Made by a program: the position numbers and the translations under genes
Notes under the pieces: model-generated
What the model saw: only the letters and a program-made list of their open reading frames with translations
What the model was told of the DNA's origin: nothing
Databases searched by the model: none
In this document: positions 28,006-35,879 of the stretch, one piece after another
Layout of the letters: each line of letters opens with the position of its first letter
Numbering within the stretch: the stretch's first letter is position 1
DNA from: a virus
Virus record (IMG/VR): IMGVR_UViG_3300045988_123515
Location: 15,468-79,467 of that record
Strand: one strand, 5' to 3'
Length of the DNA: 64,000 nt

Positions 28006-29082
28006 ATGAGAAAAGAACAGTCTATTTCCGAAAAAAGAGAACGAGATTTCACGGGTGTTTTTATACCTTCACGATTATATCTTACGAATAAATTCAGCCC
28101 TAGAGAAAAATTTTTATTAGTAGAAATATATAGTCTTCGCAAGAAAGATAAAAATGGAGATTGTTTTGCAAGTAATCGGCATTTCGCGGATTTTATTGGT
28201 GTATCTGAGCGTACTGTCCAGTCAATGCTTAATGGATTAAAAACAGAGGGATATGTAGAAGCATGGTATGAATATGAAAAAGAGAACCCGAAAGTTATTC
28301 ATTGTAGACACCTTGTTTTGACAGAAAAATTTTATGAAGAATTTATTAATGAACATGAGATAAAACAATCTTCTGAACAAGGTGAGAAAAAACACATGGG
28401 GGACGGTGAGGAAAAACGCACCTCCCGTGGTGAGGAAATCTGCATGTATAAGTATAACAAGAGAATAAGTATAACAGAAGAAAAGAATACAGATAAAAAC
28501 TGTATTTTATCAAATACAGAAAAAGAGACTTTACCAAGTGCTGGTAAAGACAATCAGACTTCTGCTCCTAATAATTATAATAAATTAAATATATATAATA
28601 TACCCCCTAGAACAAAGGAGCAGAAAGCCAACCGTTATAATACCAGGAACCAATCATCCCTCTTTGATTATAAAGACGAGGATGTTGAGAATTTGGTAAC
28701 CGAGATATACGAAAGTATTTACGGAGCCAAGGAGAATATTTTTGAAGACCACGACATTTGCCTGTCCATATTTTTGATTACAGAGTTTTTTAAGAAATAT
28801 CAAAAGTACCGTGAAGAGAAACATCCGATGGTTACGCAAAATCAAGCAGAAAATATTCTGAAAATGATTCGTAACCCAGATACAGACATGGCGAAAGATG
28901 ATTTGGTGGACGATAAAGAAGAACCGCTGGTTTATCTTGAAATGATGGAAGAACACTTTAAAACCAAGTGGGGGAAGAAAAATGGTGGTGATTTCAATTA
29001 TCGTATTATGCTGTTTTTTAAGGATACCACGCAGAACCTGTTGTACCAAAGAGTGAAACATAAAAGGGAGGACGCACTATGA
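28006..29082 (+). CDS. winged-HTH DNA-binding protein (DnaD-N/replication-initiator-like N-terminus) with an N/K/E-rich tail
   Basis: FSPREKFLLVEIYSL...FASNRHFADFIGVSERTVQSMLNGLKTEGYVE. Confidence 0.4.
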   Translation: MRKEQSISEKRERDFTGVFIPSRLYLTNKFSPREKFLLVEIYSLRKKDKNGDCFASNRHFADFIGVSERTVQSMLNGLKTEGYVEAWYEYEKENPKVIHCRHLVLTEKFYEEFINEHEIKQSSEQGEKKHMGDGEEKRTSRGEEICMYKYNKRISITEEKNTDKNCILSNTEKETLPSAGKDNQTSAPNNYNKLNIYNIPPRTKEQKANRYNTRNQSSLFDYKDEDVENLVTEIYESIYGAKENIFEDHDICLSIFLITEFFKKYQKYREEKHPMVTQNQAENILKMIRNPDTDMAKDDLVDDKEEPLVYLEMMEEHFKTKWGKKNGGDFNYRIMLFFKDTTQNLLYQRVKHKREDAL

Positions 29083-29220
29083 GGTATACGAGGGCAAGTA
29101 ACAGACATAATAAAACGCTGAAATTTGATTTAAAATTTGCCACTTGATAAAATATAGGCACAGCCCAGAAAAACCGATTCTAGGCGAAAAATCATAAGCA
29201 ATTGATGGAGAAGTGAACAA

Positions 29221-29553
29221 ATGAGTAGAGTAGGTAGAGAACTTCCGGCAGAATATTCTGATCGGTTTGACGAATTACGTCAAAACAGAGTAGAAATTAG
29301 TTATTACAAGTACGGTACTGCCAGAGATAACTTTGGTGAAAAGTTAGTAAATGCTCTGGAAACGCATGATATGTGCATAAAAAAATATCAGGAAACTGGA
29401 AACACCGAATATTTATGTGATGCTGCTAATTACCTGATGTTTGAGTTTATGTACCCACAAAAGCATGGAGCATATTTTAAAGCTACCGACAGTGGGGGAA
29501 GTGCAGGTGTTGCCGGTACGCCAATAAATCAATTGAGAGAAAAATGGTACTAA
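29221..29553 (+). CDS. hypothetical protein
   Basis: 110-aa ORF with a GGAGAAG RBS. Confidence 0.5.
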   Translation: MSRVGRELPAEYSDRFDELRQNRVEISYYKYGTARDNFGEKLVNALETHDMCIKKYQETGNTEYLCDAANYLMFEFMYPQKHGAYFKATDSGGSAGVAGTPINQLREKWY

Positions 29554-29617
29554 AGTATTCCCTTAAATATCCTAATGTGGTACAATATATTTACCAATTT
29601 CAAGGGAGGAAAGGGAT

Positions 29618-30487
29618 ATGAAAAAAAGCAAAAAGTTATTATCAATTATGACTGTGTTGTTACTGATTGTGTGCATGGCAGTTCCTGTGTCCGCTGCAAC
29701 AAAAATCAGTAAGAAAAAAGCAACATTAAAAGTCGGGCAAACATTGCAATTGAAAGTAACTGGAACGAAAAAGAAACCAAAATGGACAAGTAGCAAGAAG
29801 TCTGTGGCAACAGTATCTTCTAAAGGGCGAGTTAAAGCCAAGAAAAAAGGGACTGCCACAATTACTGCAAAAGTAGGCAAAAAGAAATACACTTGCAAAG
29901 TCACCGTGAAAAATGCAAAAAATAACACAAATAAAAAGCCACAGAATTATGGTGTGACATATTACACTGAATCTACAGACTATGGAGCTATAGCCATATT
30001 TGAAAACCACTATGATTACCCTGTGAGTTTAAGTGCAGAATTTGTATATTATCTAAATGGATACATGGTGGGAGCAGAAAGGGATACAAACTATGCGTTT
30101 GCGCCACATACAAAGTGTGCGCTTCAAGGGTGGAATTATGATAAGGAGTGGGATTCATACAAAATAAACCTCACAATCAAGAAAGCTGGATCAAACCTCA
30201 TTTACAACAATTCCGGAATACGCTATAAAGCAAATTTTGGCATGGGAAATGTTATGGTTCAGGTTGATAATAAGGGAAAGAAAAATTATTTTACAGAAAT
30301 TGCGGTTGTATTTTATCAGAACGGAAGAATGGTTGGGTATGAGCATCGGTTTGCAGATGTAAAAACACCTGGCTCTACAGCGTATCTTGAATTTAGTTTT
30401 CCTCACGGGAGAGATTACAAAACTATAACACCAGACCGATACGAAGTGTACGTAAACAGTTCGTATACATATGATTGGATTAAATAA
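29618..30487 (+). CDS. secreted protein with a Big_2 (bacterial Ig-like) domain
   Basis: Signal peptide MKKSKKLLSIMTVLLLIVCMAVPVSAA. The Big_2-like stretch is ATLKVGQTLQLKVTG...WTSSKKSVATVSSKGRVKAKKKGTATITA. Confidence 0.7.
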   Translation: MKKSKKLLSIMTVLLLIVCMAVPVSAATKISKKKATLKVGQTLQLKVTGTKKKPKWTSSKKSVATVSSKGRVKAKKKGTATITAKVGKKKYTCKVTVKNAKNNTNKKPQNYGVTYYTESTDYGAIAIFENHYDYPVSLSAEFVYYLNGYMVGAERDTNYAFAPHTKCALQGWNYDKEWDSYKINLTIKKAGSNLIYNNSGIRYKANFGMGNVMVQVDNKGKKNYFTEIAVVFYQNGRMVGYEHRFADVKTPGSTAYLEFSFPHGRDYKTITPDRYEVYVNSSYTYDWIK

Positions 30488-30524
30488 ACCAAAACAGCAA
30501 AAAGTCACGAAGCAAGAATATTAA

Positions 30525-30570
30525 TTGATACTTAAAGATACTGAATGATACTGCTGTTTTGTGATAAAAT
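30525..30570 (+). promoter_or_regulatory. GATAC-repeat module C
   Basis: GATAC at 30527, 30537 and 30547, with a -10-like ATAAAAT at 30564-30570. Confidence 0.55.
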
Positions 30571-30580
30571 ATAGAATCAT

Positions 30581-30614
30581 AAAGCGTTTACCTGTACGGG
30601 TAGGCGCTTTTTTT
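30581..30614 (+). terminator. intrinsic-terminator-like hairpin after the module C -10 box
   Basis: AAAGCGTTTACC-tgtac-GGGTAGGCGCTTT followed by a T run. Confidence 0.7.
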
Positions 30615-30633
30615 ATATCACGAAACTGTTTAA

Positions 30634-30656
30634 GGGAGCAAATGCTCTCTTTTTTT
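30634..30656 (+). terminator. second tandem hairpin plus T7 run
   Basis: GGGAGCA..TGCTCTC followed by TTTTTTT, just before the RBS of the Dit-like gene. Confidence 0.5.
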
Positions 30657-30670
30657 ATGGAGAAAATCAC

Positions 30671-31036
30671 ATGGCAGCAGAAATAATGTTGAAAGTAAAT
30701 GGTGTAGCGGTTAGATGCCCGTCAAAATTTGAGTGGGGCTTGCAAGATGTATCTGCATCTGAATCAGGGCGAACCGATGATGCTTTGATGCATAAAAACA
30801 GAGTTGCACAAAAAAGGAAAATAAGTCTTGGGTGGAACGGTCTTGGATGGGCTGAAACATCCAAAGTATTACAAGTGTTTAATCCTGAATACATAAGCGT
30901 AACATATCCCGATATGTTGTCTGGAAAATACGAAACCAGAACATTTTATGTTGGAGATCGTTCAGCACCAGTCAAATGGTGGTGGATTGGGAATCAAAGA
31001 ACTGAATCTGTTGAATTTGATATTATTGAAAGGTAG
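30671..31036 (+). CDS. putative distal tail protein (small Dit-like)
   Basis: 121 aa, the first gene after the tape-measure/insert region and before the large Tal-like protein. Confidence 0.4.
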   Translation: MAAEIMLKVNGVAVRCPSKFEWGLQDVSASESGRTDDALMHKNRVAQKRKISLGWNGLGWAETSKVLQVFNPEYISVTYPDMLSGKYETRTFYVGDRSAPVKWWWIGNQRTESVEFDIIER

Positions 31037-31039
31037 AAA

Positions 31040-33877
31040 ATGAGAAGTATTTCAAGCGATTTTAAAAATGAGCAAGATTCCGGGAATAGAAATTATCTAA
31101 AGTATGCAGATGTAACACTAATTGATGGAACAGTATTTAATTTCACAAATAAGGAATTATGGCAAAATGGTCTGTCGTTTGAAAGTGATACATCCAATTC
31201 AGGGAGTTTTGACATCGGGTCTGCAATGATAAGTAAGCTTACTTTGCAAATTAACAATTTTGATGGGACGTACTCAAAATATGATTTTAACAACGCTAAA
31301 GTTGTGGCATATGTTGGATTGCAACTCACGGATAGAATAGAAAAAATAAAAATCTGTACAGCCACAGTAACAGATGCACCATATCAGAACAATGTAATCC
31401 TGTCGCTTACGTGCGAAGATAACATGGCAAAATTTGACCGTGATTATTCTGAAAGCAAACTGATATATCCGGCAACCAGATTGCAGATTGTTCAGGATAT
31501 TTGCTCTGTTTGTGGTGTTTCTTTGCAAACAACATCTTTTGCAAATAGTGATTATATCGTTCCTGAACGTCCAGAGGATGAAAACCTTACGTGCAGACAA
31601 GTTTTAGCATGGGTGGCGCAGATTGGATGCCAGTGGGCTAAATGTGATGCAGATGGAAAACTTAATATTGGATGGTACAAAACAGAACCACTTGATTCTG
31701 ACTATATCAGCATTGAGCATACTAATGGCTTTACACCATATTTGGATGATGTTGTAATTACAGGGATCCAGGTTACTGAATACCTGAAATCAAATTCATC
31801 TGAGAAAAAAGCAAAATCATACCTATATGGAAAAACAGGATACGTGCTGAGCATCAGTGATAATAAATTAATTCCAGAGGGCACTGGCGAAACAGTAGCA
31901 TCTATGATTGGCCAGAAATGTATTGGAATGTCTTTTAGACCGTTTACAGCCCAATGCTTGACAGATATATCACTGGAAGAGGGAGATCCGGTAAAAATCA
32001 TATCCAGAGATGGAACAGAATACAAAAGTTATCTTACATCTGTTAGATTACAGCCTGGTACATTTGAGGACATATCTTGTGAAGCCAAAAGTCCGGCAAG
32101 GAACAGCCGAAAGCAATACTCGTTACTATCACAAGCAATGGTAGAAGCTAGGCAATCCGTACACCAGGAAAAGACAGCAAGAGAACTAGCAATTGAACAG
32201 CTTGGACAAAAAATAGAAGAATCATCTGGTGTGTATACAACTGTTGTAAAACCAGAAACAGGCGGTAATATCTATTATTTGCACAATAGACCCAAACTAG
32301 AAGATTCTGATATGGTGTGGAAAATGACCGCAGAAGCATGGGGAGTGTCTACTTCTAAAGATTCAGACGGTAATTTTATCTGGAATGCCGGAATGACAGT
32401 GGATGGAGATACCATTGTTCGTATTTTGACTGCAACCGGAGTAAATGCAGACTGGATTAACGCAGGTGAAATCCTTGTGAAGGACAATAACGGTAATACT
32501 ATTTTCTCTGTCAATATGGACACAAAATCCGTATATATTGATGGTTCTTCCGTGACTATCGGTGGGAAGCCTCTTGAGCAGACGTTATCCGAACTTAACA
32601 GCAAAATTTCTGACAGTTTGCCAATAGCAATGTCTTTAACCTGTGATTTTAAAGGGATTACAGTAGATGCAGATGGAAATTATGAAACATTTCCAGACGG
32701 GATTTCAACTTCCCCAATAGTGGTTTTAGGGGCACAGGATATTACAGCAAATTGTGCTTATACAATCACAAAATCAGATTCAATTACTGGAACATGGAAC
32801 AATGCTACAAGAACATACACGGTTACTGGATTGACTGCTGATGATGGATGGGTGGATATCAGGGCAACATATCTGACCAATATTATTATCACAAAACGTT
32901 TTTCGGTATCTAAGGTGTACAGTGGGCAGAGCGGCGTAACATACGGATTAATGACTTCAAGCCCAATTATCAAAAAAACGTCACAATCAGAACTAACACC
33001 AACATATGTTGATTTTACGGCATATTACACAATTGGAAAAGACATGACAAAATATTTTCTCAATGGCCGGTTTGTTATTGAAGAAGTATTGAATGATGAT
33101 GGTGTATGGAGAACGGTATACACCAGTACACAGGATGAATCAGAAGTGCGCCGGTCGCTGTATACGGTTCTGACTACCAAGGATGGAAAAGTCCCTGTAA
33201 CAAAAGACGGAAAATATGCGCTTGGATATTCCCGGAATGTTACCTCTATCAGATGCAGGTTCTATGCAGCAGGCGGTACAACTCAGCTTCTGGGAGAACA
33301 GACATGTGCTGTTGTAGCAGATGCAACCGCTCAGCTGTCACAGTCAGATATCGTTGAGATATTAAGTGATGGCGGTAGGTGGAACGGACTGTATTACATT
33401 GATGGCAAGTTGTATATTTCATTCAGTGCGATGCTTGGTGGGGCACTTACACTTGGTGGAGCTAATAACGGAAACGGTCTGTTAAGACTATTAGATGAAA
33501 ATGGAGATACAATAGCTACATTGGATTCTTCAGGTGCAAGTTTTACAGGACAATTCGTAAATAGAAAAGGCAAAGAATGGATAAAAATTCTGGATTCTAT
33601 CATAACATCAGGATATGACGAATATGTAGATGGTCGTATTGATCTATCAGCACAGTATGGGGATGGGACAAGAAAAGTAGTTTTGGAATCTCTGACAAGT
33701 GATCTTGTGCTGAAAAGCGCAAGTGGGAAAATTCTCACAGGCGATGGAAGGGCTCTGATTGGAACAGATGTTTCAGGAGTGTATATATCAGAAATAAGCT
33801 ATATGGATGATGTTGAAACAGGAGAAAGAAGCATAATTTTTACATTTAGTGATGGAACAGTAAAAACTCTTGCATAA
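31040..33877 (+). CDS. tail-associated (Tal / prophage tail endopeptidase-like) baseplate protein
   Basis: 945 aa, assigned by position after the Dit-like gene. Confidence 0.6.
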   Translation: MRSISSDFKNEQDSGNRNYLKYADVTLIDGTVFNFTNKELWQNGLSFESDTSNSGSFDIGSAMISKLTLQINNFDGTYSKYDFNNAKVVAYVGLQLTDRIEKIKICTATVTDAPYQNNVILSLTCEDNMAKFDRDYSESKLIYPATRLQIVQDICSVCGVSLQTTSFANSDYIVPERPEDENLTCRQVLAWVAQIGCQWAKCDADGKLNIGWYKTEPLDSDYISIEHTNGFTPYLDDVVITGIQVTEYLKSNSSEKKAKSYLYGKTGYVLSISDNKLIPEGTGETVASMIGQKCIGMSFRPFTAQCLTDISLEEGDPVKIISRDGTEYKSYLTSVRLQPGTFEDISCEAKSPARNSRKQYSLLSQAMVEARQSVHQEKTARELAIEQLGQKIEESSGVYTTVVKPETGGNIYYLHNRPKLEDSDMVWKMTAEAWGVSTSKDSDGNFIWNAGMTVDGDTIVRILTATGVNADWINAGEILVKDNNGNTIFSVNMDTKSVYIDGSSVTIGGKPLEQTLSELNSKISDSLPIAMSLTCDFKGITVDADGNYETFPDGISTSPIVVLGAQDITANCAYTITKSDSITGTWNNATRTYTVTGLTADDGWVDIRATYLTNIIITKRFSVSKVYSGQSGVTYGLMTSSPIIKKTSQSELTPTYVDFTAYYTIGKDMTKYFLNGRFVIEEVLNDDGVWRTVYTSTQDESEVRRSLYTVLTTKDGKVPVTKDGKYALGYSRNVTSIRCRFYAAGGTTQLLGEQTCAVVADATAQLSQSDIVEILSDGGRWNGLYYIDGKLYISFSAMLGGALTLGGANNGNGLLRLLDENGDTIATLDSSGASFTGQFVNRKGKEWIKILDSIITSGYDEYVDGRIDLSAQYGDGTRKVVLESLTSDLVLKSASGKILTGDGRALIGTDVSGVYISEISYMDDVETGERSIIFTFSDGTVKTLA

Positions 33878-33900
33878 TTAATTAAAGGAGGCACAGAACA

Positions 33901-34401
33901 ATGGCAACAAGCTTTGAACCAATTAAATTTGCAAATTTGACAGAAAAGACAACCGCACCGTCTGATGCAGACATTATTGTGATCGAGGATTCCACGGCAA
34001 CCAAGAAAGCAAAATGGAGCAACCTGATAAGCTGGATTAAAACCAAACTAAATATCGGGTCAGCTGATATTTCCAGTATTGGTGACGGAACAGTGACAGG
34101 AGCAATAAATACGCTAAACACGAAGATAGACCTAAAAGGAACTTATCGGGCAAATGTGCCTGCCGTTGTTGCAGGAAACTTTGTGGGATTTCCATTTATT
34201 TCAATTCCTAACGCCAATTTATATAATATTGAGATCACGGAAATCGCTATATTCGGCGGTGCTGATAAACCACATTTCGGTTGGAATATCTCCAAAAGTA
34301 AATTAGGGATTGGAATTGAAACAAACAATTCTGATGCTGCGTTCTATTTTGGTACAACGCATCCGAATTGTTTTTGGACATTAACAATTAAGATATCATA
34401 G
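33901..34401 (+). CDS. tail fibre / receptor-binding tip protein, currently expressed C-terminal variant A
   Basis: 166 aa. The inverted-repeat crossover site lies at codons 73-76 (NTKI). Confidence 0.55.
   Translation: MATSFEPIKFANLTEKTTAPSDADIIVIEDSTATKKAKWSNLISWIKTKLNIGSADISSIGDGTVTGAINTLNTKIDLKGTYRANVPAVVAGNFVGFPFISIPNANLYNIEITEIAIFGGADKPHFGWNISKSKLGIGIETNNSDAAFYFGTTHPNCFWTLTIKIS
34116..34128 (+). repeat. left inverted repeat of the invertible segment
   Basis: AAACACGAAGATA. The exact reverse complement is at 34704-34716. Confidence 0.85.
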
Positions 34402-34403
34402 TG

Positions 34404-34694
34404 TTATTGAACCCCATATACAGTTATCTGCCGCCCAGAACCACCGATATATAATCCGACCTGTATGTCGCTATTATAACAAGCATAACATTTGATTGTA
34501 TCGTACTCACTTAACATTGCAGTGCGGTTTGTACTATTACAAGTTTTAAAAATGCTGATCGGATAGATCGCGGGTGGGAATTGAGACATATTTCCGTCAT
34601 TGATGCAGAATATAATGTATCTGTACTGCGTTAATGATGGAACATTAAAATTCATCCATGCGCCAGCAGTAGTTGTGGCAACTAACTGTACCAT
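34404..34694 (-). CDS. promoterless alternative fibre C-terminal cassette (variant B)
   Basis: No RBS is present. Upstream of its ATG the frame stays open through the right inverted repeat, reading QNTKI-NAS-MVQL in the same NTKI codon phase as the + strand fibre ORF. Confidence 0.55.
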   Translation of the reverse strand: MVQLVATTTAGAWMNFNVPSLTQYRYIIFCINDGNMSQFPPAIYPISIFKTCNSTNRTAMLSEYDTIKCYACYNSDIQVGLYIGGSGRQITVYGVQ

Positions 34695-34703
34695 AGACGC
34701 ATT

Positions 34704-34716
34704 TATCTTCGTGTTT
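34704..34716 (-). repeat. right inverted repeat of the invertible segment
   Basis: TATCTTCGTGTTT on the + strand. Confidence 0.85.
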
Positions 34717-34753
34717 TGTGAATTAACAAACCACCTCCTACATTCTAAAATGT

Positions 34754-35773
34754 TTGTGGGAGGTGATCTTTATGACAGACATACGAAACACAATAATTAA
34801 TAACGTGCTACAGGCGGTACAGCCATTGCTAGATAGTCAGCAATTACAGGCTGTACAGGACGCACTCTGCATCCAGCTTGGCAATTGTGAAGTGCAGGAA
34901 AGGCACACGGAAATAACTGTAACAGATAATACGCCAGATGCAATGCTGGCCAGATATGTTGCCACAAAACGGATAGAGGGCAAGGCGGAATCTACTATCA
35001 AACGGTATCGTGATATCTGTTATATGATGATACATACCATATGCAAGCCTTTGCATGAGATTACAACCTATGATCTCAGATTCTATTTGGCAACTTATAA
35101 AGAGCACAGAAAAGTAAGCAACTGCACACTGGATGGAATGCGAAGATGTTTCGGCAGCTTCTTTTCATGGTTGTCTGCTGAGGGAATGATCGGAAGGAAT
35201 CCATGTGCAGCGCTGACACAGATCAAGTACACAAAAATAATGAAAAAGCCGTACTCTGCCCCTGAAATGGAGCGCCTGAAACAGGCATGTACATCCATCA
35301 GAGATCTTGCATTGATAGATTTCCTGTACGCTTCCGGATGCAGGGTATCAGAGGTAGTGCGACTTAACAGGACAGATATTAATTTCCAGACGCAAGATGC
35401 AGTAGTTTTGGGCAAAGGAAACAAAGAGAGGAAAATCTATCTCACTCCTGTAGCACTTATGCATCTGCAAGATTATCTGAATACACGGACGGATACGGAT
35501 CCGTGCCTATTTGCAAGCCTGAGAGCACCGCATAAGCGATTGTCAAAAGCAGGGATTGAGAGAACGCTAAAGAAGCTTGGGGAGAGCGCTAAAGTTACAA
35601 ACGTACATCCTCACAGGTACAGGAGGACACTGGCAACCAATCTGTTAGACCGGGGAGCCAACATACAAGATGTGGCATCAGTCCTTGGCCATGCCGATCT
35701 TAAGACTACTCAAGTATATTGCTATATCAGTCAGAGCAACGTGAGAGCATCGTACAATAGATATACTGCATAA
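34754..35773 (+). CDS. tyrosine recombinase (XerC/D- or Rci-like): candidate fibre invertase and/or integrase
   Basis: ASGCRVSEVVRL (catalytic R), HPHRYRRTLATNLL (HxxR) and LGHADLKTTQVYCY (H, Y) motifs. Confidence 0.85.
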   Translation: MWEVIFMTDIRNTIINNVLQAVQPLLDSQQLQAVQDALCIQLGNCEVQERHTEITVTDNTPDAMLARYVATKRIEGKAESTIKRYRDICYMMIHTICKPLHEITTYDLRFYLATYKEHRKVSNCTLDGMRRCFGSFFSWLSAEGMIGRNPCAALTQIKYTKIMKKPYSAPEMERLKQACTSIRDLALIDFLYASGCRVSEVVRLNRTDINFQTQDAVVLGKGNKERKIYLTPVALMHLQDYLNTRTDTDPCLFASLRAPHKRLSKAGIERTLKKLGESAKVTNVHPHRYRRTLATNLLDRGANIQDVASVLGHADLKTTQVYCYISQSNVRASYNRYTA

Positions 35774-35879
35774 CATACAAATCCAATTTTTACTCTGGGG
35801 AGTGCTCCAGAGTTGTTGTTGTGCCTGAAAATAGAAAACGAATGTTGATGCAAGAACAACGAGAAAAGAGGTATCTAAC

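Larger units (their letters stand above)
34116..34716. mobile_element. candidate invertible DNA segment (601 bp) carrying two alternative fibre C-termini
   Basis: It is bounded by a 13-bp perfect inverted repeat (about 19/23 when extended). It contains convergent coding ends 2 nt apart, and a tyrosine recombinase gene starts 38 bp to the right. Confidence 0.65.

Noticed and set aside
34600-34800. 66-aa + strand ORF across the right inverted repeat and the recombinase start
   Set aside because: It overlaps the minus-strand cassette and the recombinase RBS and start. It has no RBS.
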